Positions 36,801 to 48,306 of a stretch of DNA of 64,000 nt are shown here, piece after piece; position 1 is the stretch's first letter, and each line of letters begins with the position of its first letter. Source of the stretch: Paramoeba atlantica (lineage: Eukaryota > Protista > Discosea); NCBI GenBank assembly GCA_977017575.1, contig CDRNVI010000199.1, positions 139-64,138 on the forward strand. The letters run 5' to 3'. The translations under genes and the position numbers were made by a program. The notes under the pieces were generated by a model. The model was not told the DNA's origin and made no database searches. It saw nothing but the letters and a program-made list of their open reading frames with translations.

Positions 36801-38075
36801 TATGGTCTTTCTGTACTGAGAAGGCTCTCCCAAAAGTCCTTAATTGCTTTTTTTACCACATTATCATCACGAGAGATCACTCCATCTACAATTACACCTT
36901 TAACACAGGGAGAGGATTTATGACCAGGGTGTGAGGGGTGTTCATCCACAAAAATTCCGAGTTGTTGTTCAAGAATTGCAGTTCAATCCATCCCAGCTTT
37001 GATCATTCTAGGAATAGCTTTGATTCTCCATTTCTTGTCATCTTGAGAGCCATTCCATCCTATCGCAGCTGTATGAAGAAGTTCAAGTTCCAACGAAGAA
37101 AAAGAGTGTATGGTTGAAGTTTTCCTTAAAATCCTGGTTTTTGCAAGGCGTTTGATGATTGTCTGAAGTTTCCATAGTTCTTTGAAAAGGTGAGCTTCTT
37201 TCCCTTTGTCGTTCCACAGAGGAACTAATTCCCATGCCTTCTCCTTGAGTTTAATAAGACAACTGACAGGATCACCTTCCACATAGTCCCCAACTTCATT
37301 AATGAGGGCATTAATAAATTTAGGATCTTTAATGAGGTATTCAGGGATTCTCTTCTTGTTAGATTTCAACTCCCATTCTTTGATACTAGTTCCACCTATG
37401 ATCATCGCATGGTCCTTAAAGCCTGAAGGGATCGCATTAACAAAAATCCTTTCACTAGGAGCGTTCAAGGGAATAAAGACATGATTGATACATTGTCCTT
37501 GGAAATGGGTTGGTTCAGACCACCCCAGTCTTGATAGATTCTGTTACAATCCTGTTGGCTCTTGTGTTTTCCATTTGGAGCCATTCTCACTCCCTCTTCT
37601 GCCAAACAACTGATCTCTCTCTCCCTGTTCTCCCTGATTGACACTCTCTCTCTTCCCTCTCTTTTCCTTCTTCTCTTTTTTCTCTCTTTCTCTTCTTTCC
37701 CTTCCTCTTCTCTCATCCTTCCTCCCTCCTTCTCTCTCTTTCCTCTTTCCTTCCTTTCCCTTTTCTTTTTCCCCTTTTCTCACTTTTCCTCCCCTCTCTT
37801 TTCTCCTGTCTTTTTCCTTTTCTCTGTGCTTTTCAGAATGTTGATTCATGAATGATCCACCTGTGTTCTATTGCAGTTATCTGCCACTAAAACGCTCTTT
37901 TCATGCCATTTTCACTGTCTTTCTCTCCTTTGTTTTGTGTTGTTTTCCCCCCTTTTTCTCTGCTGTCACAAATCATTTGTTCCCCCTTTTCTGTTTGTTG
38001 ATACAAATAAATCATTCTCTTCAGTTCCTTTGTTGTATTTTTCTTGTCCCCCTCCTTCTTCCCCTTGGCCACACA

Positions 38076-38098
38076 GATTAAGAGTCTAGGGCTCTGCC
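38076..38098 (+). promoter_or_regulatory. Primer-binding site complementary to tRNA-Lys(CUU) positions about 18-40
   Basis: GATTAAGAGTCTAGGGCTCTGCC directly after the LTR; complement GGCAGAGC-C-CTAGA-CTCTTAA-TC reads as D-arm end, anticodon stem, CUU loop, first two 3' stem bases. Confidence 0.85.
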
Positions 38099-41000
38099 CT
38101 GGGTGAAGTTATTAGCAAGGAAGAGGTCTACTCTCCCATCACACCCCTTTCTTGTTTTGTTTTTGTTTTTTGTTTTATTTGTATCCCTCGATCCACAATA
38201 TCAAATGGCCTTCCCCGATTACAAACCCGACATTTCCCAGAACATCCAGTTTGGGCAATTTAAGGAGAAGTTTAATGCAATGGATTTTAAGTCTTGGTTC
38301 AATTCACTCAACAGTCACCTTTACATGTTAAGACTCGATCATCATTTGACTATTGATGATGCTGCTGAAGTACCCACTGCACAAGCTAATGAGGGAGTAA
38401 TCCCCGAGAAATCATTGATAAGAGTTGAAAATCAGAAAACCAATTGCCTCCAAGTTGTGCAACTCATCTGAAACTGCTTACAACCAGACCTGAAGCAGGC
38501 GACACAAAATATGAGATTTCTTGGAAAACTGTATACTCTAATCAAGTTCTTAAGAAAAACATATTTGGTGGATGAGGATGAGAAGAAGAAGGTGCTGAGG
38601 AAAGAATTTGATGCTTTTCAAAGATTGCAAGGCGAATCATTCAAGCAGATGACCACCCGCATATCATTAATAATATTGATGTGTGAAAACAGTGGTGTTG
38701 AAATCTCAAATGAAGAAAAAGTAACCACTCTTCTACACAGAATTGGAAGTCAAATGTGGGCCCAAACCATTCTGACAATCTGACAAACTGCAGAAGGGAA
38801 GAATTGGGATTTCAAATGGATGAAAAAAGACCTAGTTGAGAAAGAAAAAGCGATGAAAGAAATAATGAACAAGAGCCACTTGGCTAATGTTGCTCATCAA
38901 GCATTTGCCAGCCCAGCACCTGTTTCCTTGTCCTCTTATTCTCCATCTATTCAAGTTCCTGCATCTTTTCCTTCTCCAGCACCTCCATTCTCTCCTTCTC
39001 CCTCTCCCACTTCTGTTCCCTCTCCTTCCCCTGTCCTGTCCCAATTGCCTATCCAACCCCCTACTCAATCCCCAGCCCCACCTAATATTCCTCTACAATA
39101 CAATCAAAATGCATCTTATCAGCGAAATCAACAATCCTATGCTCCTCAGTATTGTCAAGATCCGTACTCTGCTCTTCGAACTCGACCTGGTTGGGAAGAA
39201 CCACCAAAGAGACCATATAAATGTTTTAATTGTGGTCTTGGACACCATACAGCGTGAAAATGCTTTCTCTCTAAGGCACCAGCTGGTGAAATTGCTTTTT
39301 GTGAGTTCCTTGAATTCCAACAACAGTTTGAAGAATGGAAAGTTAAGATGACCAATAAAGGGTTTCCTGTGTGCTTTTTGTCTGTTTTAAAATCTTTCTC
39401 TGCCCCTGAAACAAAAAGACTTCAACTCTTCTCAGATAATGAAGTGATTATTGATTCTGGATGCACAACTTCTATTCTGAAATCAAGAAAATACCTTGTG
39501 AATGCCTGTAAACCTGATGAAATTCTTGAAATCTCGCAAGCCAATGGTGATTTAATCCAAGTTGTCCTTCAAGGTGATTTAAATTTAGCAAAAGATATGA
39601 AACTTCTCGAGAATATTTCTGTTGTGCCAGATTGTACCCTGAACTTGCTCTCTGTATCTCAAATGTGTGAGACTTGGAATGCCTTGATTATTTTCGACAA
39701 GGATGGTGTCAAAGTGACAAGAAAGAAAATTCCACTTTCTGAAGCTGAAATGATTTTATCTGGAAGCCAAAGAAATGGACTTTATCACTTGCCACTCCCT
39801 AATATGAACCATGTTTATTGTACTCAAAAAGTAATTGAAGAAGCTGATGCAGATGAATACATTGCTCCTGATGAAACTGGACCAAAGAAGAGAGTTTGTA
39901 GAACCTTGAATTGTGAACATGAAAAAGAATTGAAGTTATGGCATCAAAGACATGGTCATCTTTCCAGTTTGTGTAGAACAATTGGTGTGAAAGCCATTCA
40001 TGGGCTGCCTCCCAACTACAAAGACCTGATTGCTGATCCTGACCAAGTTTGTGATGCCTGTATTTTTGTGAAGAACAAGATGAGACCTCATCATAGTGGT
40101 TGCTGCACTTTTCAACGCTGTGGTGAGATGTTACACATTGATTTGCATGAGAAGTCTACTCTCTCTTACCATAACAACAAATACTCAATCTCGATTATTG
40201 AAGACTACTCTGGCTGTGATTTATCTCAATTTATTAAAAGAAAATCTGATGCTGGCAATAAGATAATTGATGTAATTCGAAAATTGGAGAGACAAGCTGG
40301 TGTGAAAGTGAAGATTTTACAATGTGATGGAGCCTCTGAATTTATTGGGCAAGAAACCTCTCTTGGTATATACTGTCGCAAGAAAGGAATAGAAATCCAC
40401 CATTCCAGCCCTTGCTGCCCTCAAGAAAATGGTGTTGCTGAAAGAGGAAATTATACCCAATGGAGTACTGCCCAAGCGATTTGTCTGGCTGTTGGATTAC
40501 CTGCTAATTTTTGGGAATTTGCTGAAAGAATGGCTGCAAAATTAATCTCTATGACTGTGAAAGAAGGTGAGAAGATTATTCCTCTTGAAAAATTGTATGA
40601 GAGAAAACCCTCAATGGATTTAATTAGAACCTTTGGCTGCCACGCTTTCACTCATATTTCTTGAGAAATGCGCTCCAAAACTGACCCTGTTTCAAGAGCT
40701 GGAATTAATTTGAGACCTGCCAACAATATGCATGGATTTTTGCTATTTGACCCAATCCAACAGAAAACTTTCCAAAGCTTGAGCGTTTTATTTGATGAAT
40801 ATGCTTTTGGAATCCCTGAATTGAAGAAGAGAAATGCCCTGGGAAGATTGCCAAGATATTATGTGGAAGGTGAAAACAAAACAAATTTAGACAATAGTGA
40901 TGATGTCACAAGTTGCAAAGTGAATGATTTTGATTTTTATGATGATGAAGAAAATTTTATTGAACCCCCTGAATCTGTTCCAAACTCTTGGGAAGAACTC

Positions 41001-41992
41001 GCTGTATCTGATGATGAATTTGTGGAAACTAATAGTCCAAATGGAGAGCAAATTGAAGCTGGCTCACAGGATATCTTGCCAATATCTGAATCTCCAAGAA
41101 GACATTCCAATGTGCATTTATCTGATGATACTGAAAATGAAGAACCTATTCCTGAGGATGAAGAAATTCTAAAGTTAATGAATATCAACCTTGAACCAAT
41201 TGAAAAGGAAAAAGAAGAATTAATTGAATCCTCCAATGTTGAAAAAGCTGATGATATAGTTATCAATTTTTCTCCATATAGAACCGACCCAAACTCTCTG
41301 AGCACCCCTTTGAAGACTCAAAGAGCGCCTCTACGAGTGAACAAACGCCTTGATCCTCTGTCCCAATCAAGTGCTCGCTCTAGCACTGCTTGTAGAACCC
41401 TTTTTAATGACCCTGAACCTGAATCTGAACCTGATATTGAATCTGATTCAAAAGATAACTCAAATTCTAATTCTGAGAATGAACATGAATCTGTAAAAGA
41501 AGAACCACAACCCTGTTGATCTGGCAGAATTGCTGCTCCACCTGCACATCACCCTTTGATGGATCCAAATCTCGCTCTTGACCATCTACATGGACACAAT
41601 TTCCTCTCTCATCTTCACCATGCAATGTTTGCTGACACTATTATCTTGAACAAGAAAACACCTTGCTCGTTCTACCAAGCACAAAGAAGTGAACAAAGAA
41701 ATGAATGGATTGAAGCCTGTCACCATGAAATTGCTGCTCACCATGAAAATAAGACTTGGACGCTTGTTCCCTGCCCAAAACCAAACCAAGATGGAAAGAA
41801 ACACATAATTATGAGAGGTATTTGGCACTTTCGAATTAAAACTGAGGATGGAAAAATCAAAAGTTACAAGGATAAAAAAAAAAAAAAATCAGGTTGGTTC
41901 AAGGAGACTTTCCTTGCCCAATCTGATTTTCTTTCCTTCACCTGCCGTGTTGGTGAAACCCCACCTAGTTGAGCACTTCAGAGAAATCTGTT

Positions 41993-44026
41993 ATGTCCAG
42001 TGGAAAGAGTACGTCCTCTTCCCCTAAGGGCTCCCAGAATGGGTCCCACCCCCCCTTGTATTTGAAGAACAAACAAAAAAATGCAAACCCAAGTGGGAAT
42101 TCTGAAGAAATTCCAATCAAATTGACCTTGAAGAGAGCGCCTGAGGAAGGATGGTGGTCGCAAGTTGAGAAAGAAATACCAAAGACCTTGTCCCATATTG
42201 GAACTGAGGTTAACCCTGTGAAGAACAATGCAATAATCCGCCCCATCTTTGTAATGGGTTCCTTTTGTTTCTATGAAGGAATGCCAAACTACCAGAGAGT
42301 GATGGCCACACTCAACAAAGTCCCTAAGCTGAGAGGGAACTTCCTCTTGTGTGTTATGAAAGGCCACCTCAACGTGGCCACCTTCAACAAAGAAATGTGT
42401 GAACCCCTGGAGAAAGTCATTCTGGAAAATGGTTCCTTCCTTGCAACTGGTTTTGGGAAGCCCTTTGTCTGGAAGAACAACCAAAATTGGAATTTATAGG
42501 GCTTTAAACTCCGTGTCCCTTTTTTAATCAAAGGGGAAGAGTGGATCCAAAGATTGTTTATTGGTGAATCTGCTCTTCCTCACCATGGATTAAGAGAGGT
42601 GGCTCAGATCAGTGATGATTGTATTGTCATCTTCTATGATGTAATCCCTCTCATTCTGACATGTATTATTGCCAAGCACAGAGGTTCTTTTATTATTAAC
42701 AATGAGTTCCAAGGTAAGATCTCTCTGTGGACCCCTATGAGTCCCTTTCATGAGAAAGTAAATTGTCAAGTGTGTGAGATTTCACACTCAAGGCATTTAA
42801 AATGTGTGAAGGAGATTGTGGACAAGGAGGGAGAGGGAGGAATCATCAAAAAATTAAATAATGAGACAGACTCTCAGAGGAAATCCCCTTCCCTTCCTGT
42901 GACAATCACGAAATTGAGGGAACAGTCACATAAAAGATTTATTATTCCTACAGAGTCCTCAACTAATCAAGGGAACCAAGGTATGAATCTCTCTCTATCC
43001 CAATTTCCCATATTACCAAATCCCAATCAGAGGGCACCACTCCCAATGAAGTCTGCTGACCCTCATCCCTCATCTACAACCCTGATGGAGGTTGATCAAA
43101 GCACAAATGTGAGGGAAACCGCTCTTCGAGAAGGTTCCTCCAGGGAAAAATCAGCTTCTTCAAGAAGTAACCAACCCAAATCTTTGTTCAAGACTACTAA
43201 ACCTCATAAGGAATCGCTCTCCCAAACTCTGGCCACATCATCTCACTTGGGCAGTATGTCAGAAACTCCAACAATCCCTCAAAGAGATATGATGGATTTC
43301 CTTGAAGACATTGTTGCTGAAAATGATGCTGAGAGGGGGGTTATTTTAATTGAAGATGAGGACGAGATTTCCCCAGATGTGAGCAGACCTTGATTCTCAT
43401 CTGATCCAATTTCTGGGAGCAAATGGTTGATGACTATCCACAACACTGAAGGGGCTTGGAAAATATTAGATGGGGCGAATTTCCAGTGTGAGTGGGAGAG
43501 GACTGAAGATAGCCTTGGGAAGTTGAAGAGAGAGTTGGAAAAAGGACAGCTTAAATAGGAATTGAGTTTTGATGCAGACTTCCTTGGCCACATTATTGAT
43601 AGGGTGGTTGAGGAACTGAAACTAAAGCCGAAATCCAGACTGAGGAAGAGGGTGGTGTTGGAAGAGACAGTTGAGGAGAAAGAACCAACTCCTACTGGGA
43701 CCAAACCATTACCTGTAACCAAGAAGCCAGTGAAGAAGAAGAAAAAGAAAAGTAGAAAAGAGGAGAAAGGGAAAGAGGAGATAGAAGAAGAGAAAGATGA
43801 AGAGGAAAAAACAAAGGAAAATGACTGTGATAAGAGTGTTCCCACTGGTGTCCCCAGAAAGGAAAAAGTGATTTATCCTTTTTCAGAGATCCCCACCTCA
43901 AACGGTTTTGTGGTTCTTGGAGATTTGCATCAAATAGAATGGGGTGAGACAGTGTTGATGATGGATAGTCCTCGATTCCCTGAGTCAAGCAATGTTTCAT
44001 CCTCCTCTTCTTCCCCCCCCTCATAA
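41993..44026 (+). pseudogene. LINE-A ORF1 (about 677 aa) with a C-x2-C-x3-H-x4-C knuckle and a Lys/Glu-rich C-terminus
   Basis: All ORF-track fragments (41969, 42554, 43562) share one frame; ATG at 41993; internal stops only. Confidence 0.85.
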
Positions 44027-44034
44027 AGGAAAGA

Positions 44035-47000
44035 ATGAAAGGAAAGAAAAACAACAACAATTTAAAATCTTTCTTTCCACCACTGAAGGACCCTTGTGCT
44101 TCCTCTGACTCTTCTGTTATTGATCTTCATCAAAAAACAAACCTTGCCTCCCCAACCCCTCAAGCACCTGCCTTGGTGTCCCAACCCCCTTCATCTTCTT
44201 TCCTTCCTCCCTTCCCTGCACCTCTGCTTCCAAACCTGTATCAGTATAACAAATTCCCAAACATGAAGATTTTATCATGGAACATCAATGGTGTTCACAA
44301 TGATGAAAAACTCAACCTTTGCTGTAGAATGGCTGCAAGTTGCCATCCTCTGTTTATTTTGCTTCAAGAAACCCATGCTGCATCTGAAAAAGATCTCAAT
44401 CATCTCAAGAATTGTTTGAGGAAATATTTGTGGTTCAAAGACCCCTTCTCAGAACAGAAGTGGGGTCTTGCCATTGGAGTCAGAAGAATGGAAGGCCTTC
44501 ATAATATAGAACCATACCCAATTGAAAGCTCTGAGAGTGGTTTGTTTGGACTGAGAACCAAGATTTTCAATACTAAATATGCTGTGATGAATGTCTACCA
44601 TCATTGTGATCTGAAACTTCCCTTTATGCAAGATCAAATCAGAAAATTCTTCTCCAAAGATGGACTGAACGTTCTGGGAGGTGACTTCAACTGGGATCTT
44701 AATGAACCCCCTTTTAAAGAGCTTGCAGAATCCTCTGAATCTTGGAATCTATCAAGACTGGGGTGGTCTGAACCAACTCATTTCCAAGGACAATGTATCG
44801 ATCATGTCTTTATTCCCTTGAATGCTCCTAGCAAAAGGGTTTTTGTTAATGTGATCCCTTCAGGCTTTAAGGACCATGCAATGATCATAGGTGGAACTAG
44901 TATCAAAGAATGGGAGTTGAAATCTAACAAGAAGAGGATCCCTGAATACCTCATTAAAGATCCTAAATTTATTAATGCCCTCATTAATGAAGTTGGGGAC
45001 TATGTGGAAGGTGATCCTGTCAGTTGTCTTTTTAAACTCAAGGAGAAGGCATGGGAATTAGTCCCTCTGTGGAAAGACAAAGGGAAAGAAGCTCACCTTT
45101 TCAAAGAACTATGGAAACTCCAGACAATCATCAAACACCTTGCAAAAACCAGGATTTTAAGGAAAACTTCAGCCATACACTCTTTCTCTTCATTGGAACT
45201 CGAACTTCTTCATACAGCTGTGATAGGATGGAATGGCTCTCGAGATGACAAGAAATGGAGAATCAAAGCTATTCCTAGAATGATCAAAGCTGGGATGGAT
45301 TGAACTGCAGTTCTTGAACAACAACTCGGAATTTTTGTGGATGAACACCCCTCGCACCCTGGTTGTAAATCCTCTCCCCATGTTAAAGGTGTAATCGTAG
45401 ATGGAGTGATCTCTTGTGATGATAATGTGGTAAAAAAAGCAATTAAGGACTTTTGGGAGAGCCTCCTCAGTACAGAAAGACCATATAACAAGGATTCTCT
45501 TGACGAACTGATTGCTGACCATCATCCTCGCTTTCCCCCAGTTGAGAGACATGATGTTGACAGGAAGAAAGTTGATAAACTTCTTCAGAGAACCAATAAC
45601 ACCAGCGCAGGACCCAATGGTATCCCTTTCTCTTTATATAAGGCAACACAAGAAAAGTATTTTGACATGTGGGTGGAATTAATCCAACAAGTGGGTGAGA
45701 TAATGGGTTTCCCCCCCTCTTTTGGTGAGAGCCAACTCTGTTTGATTCCCAAAGTCGAGAATATCCCCCGTCCTGACCAATTTCGACCAATCAGTGTTAC
45801 CAATTCAGATTATCGAATTGTGATGAGATATTAGGCAAAATGGCTGATGGAGATTGCAAGTGGAGTAATTTCTAAAGAACAGCATGCAATGTTTAAGGGG
45901 AGGTCAATTGACGAAGCAGTGGAAACAGTGTATGACTCTTTTTATGAAGCTCTGGCAGAAGGGAAAGACATGACCCTCCTCCAAACAGACTTTTGCAAGG
46001 CATATGATTATGTGAATCATGATGCACTTCTTCATATTCTCAAAGGTTTGAACGCCCCCCCTCAAGCAATTTATGTTGTTGAGAAGGTGCTTTGAGAATC
46101 TGTAACCTGGCTGCTGAATATTGGTGGATCCAAGAGGGGAGGCAACAATGAATCAATCCAAAGTTGAACTGGTGTCAGACAAGGATGCCCGATCTCCCCC
46201 CTTCTGTTTGTAATTGTGTTTGACATCCTCCTGGTGAGCTTGAAGAAGGAATACAACCCCCAAAACCTATCAGGCTTTATGGATGACTTGGGGATGGTGA
46301 TTCAGAAAGCTGAAACCATCAATTCTCTCACTCCAACCTTCAAGAAATATGAAGAAGCGACTGGAGCTAAACTGAATTTTAATAAGTGCTTTGTCCTCTC
46401 AACTGAGTCTTTCAAACCTGTAGGCCCCTGGGCTGAGATGGCAAGATCCAATTACTGTGGTGATGAAACTGTATATCTGGGAGTGAGGTTGAGTAAACGG
46501 TTATCTCCTCTTAAGGATTGGGAGAAAGTGATCCTAAAGATGAAGAAAGTTGGAGCAGCAATCAAAAAAAGAGGTGGCAATTTTCACTCGAGAGTAAGGA
46601 TGGTCAATACCTATCTAACTCCATGCATGGGATATTTAGCGAGATTCAAACTGATTCCAAAATCTGTTGCCTCCTTGATGTGGAAATCCATCCGCTCAGC
46701 TCTGGGTGCTTATGCCAACACAAAAACCTCCATTTTTACCTCATGCTATCCTCCCTTGGACTCGAAACCCCAACTGTGCCATCCAATTGTTTTTAATTGG
46801 GCTCTCCTCACTTCTTGTCCACCGATGAGGAGTGATTATCAGAGCCCTCTTTCCATTGGAGCCATGCGAAAGGATGCCCTTTTTGCAGCCCAAAGCCTCT
46901 CTGCCAAAGTTGTGTTTGGTCAGGCCACTCGAGTTGCTTATTCCAATATGTCTTGAGTGATCCCCATTGAAATCAAGGATCTGTATGTGGGTGAAGGAAG

Positions 47001-48306
47001 AGCTGAGTGTGTTGTGTACAACTTGGCACATGCAATTAGGCCCCAACTTAAGAGGAATTTGTTTAAGTTCCTAATAAGAGGGCTGCCTACAAGAGACAAG
47101 TTGGCTCACTTCACAAACCAAAACTCAAGTTGCCGACTCTGCCACCATGAAAAGGAGTCATGATCTCATCTTCTGGAGGAATGTTCTGTGGCTGAGGGCC
47201 TCCTCCAAGCAATGGAAAGGAAATGTATTTTGTTGAATGTACCCAGCTGGCAAGAAACTAAGAATGTGTGTGGCCTTATCTCAAATTTTCTCACCAGACA
47301 AGAAACCTCTGTGGTGAGTGTTGCCCTATTGAGTTTGTGGCTCACAGTGTGTGCAGAAGGATCGAAATCACTCCAGTATGCTACTGAAATTTTCGAAAAA
47401 ATCTTGAGAAAGAACAAAATCCTCCCTCAGCCCCCAAGAACCCAAACAAAGAAAGGAATTAAAGAGAAGGAAAGTTTTAAATTTAAAGGTTTTCAAGTGT
47501 TTTATGACGGTTCAGGCTGTACAGACCCTCATCTGGGGGGTGCAGGTTTTGCAGTTTTCAGGGAAGGGAAAGAGATATGTGGTGGGTTTGAAACCATCCC
47601 TCTTGGGTCCAACAATATTGGTGAATTTACAGGCTGTTTGAAAGGAATGCAATGCGCCAGATCAATGATGAATGAGATTGAAGTTGTTGGGGATTGTATG
47701 ATTCTCACCAAGGCTGCACCCAAAACCCATGCCATCAAAAACTATGCCTTGAATGAACTACTTTGTGAAATCCGTAAGTTAGCAATGTGCTTTGACAAGA
47801 TAGAATTCATCCATGTACCCCGAGAACTTAACAAGTGAGCTGATGCAATTGCAACTGCTGCAAGTTGGTCTAAAGAGAATGGAACATGTGCTGTGAATGA
47901 CCATCATTGGGATCCAAGATCACAACATGTTGCAGAAACCAGTGAAGAGTGGATTATTCTGAATTCAACCCTGTGGAACTGGATCAATTCCCCCCTCACC
48001 CGTGACTGGACTTTCCCCATCCCCCCAGGGAATTTTGTAAGGAAATTCCAAGGAAATACAGTGACAACCCCCCATGTTTTGTTTCCAGCCCAAACTGCTC
48101 TTGAGAATGCTCTAATCCTCCCTGTAATAATTACTAAAGATATCCAAGGATGGTTCCATCAGTTCCAAGAGAGCAATCTGGTGAGGAGCTTTATTGAGGA
48201 AGATTTTTGAAGGAATGTAATTAACTTCATAGAAACCTCCAAACCGAATTCACTCCCTGGTTTTAGAAGGTGGACAATCAAACGCAGACCCCTTAGTGAG
48301 AACTAA
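44035..48306 (+). pseudogene. LINE-A ORF2 (about 1423 aa): APE endonuclease, RT, zinc knuckle, RNase H, unknown C-terminal domain
   Basis: ILSWNING, LQETH, GGDFN, IDHVF, DH; QFRPISV, LQTDFCKAYD, GVRQGCPISPLLF, FMDDL; CRLCHHEKES*SHLLEEC; FYDGSG, SNNIGEFTG, VVGDC, HVPRELNK*ADAIA. One frame with eight internal stops. Confidence 0.95.

Noticed and set aside
41891-41990. Hammerhead or HDV-like ribozyme in the LINE 5' UTR
   Set aside because: CTGA and GAAA words are present but CUGAnGA is not, and I could not build the HDV double pseudoknot; kept only as a hairpin observation.
41969-41992. ORF1 start at TTG (MSTSEK in the ORF track)
   Set aside because: An in-frame ATG eight codons downstream is conserved in all three copies.
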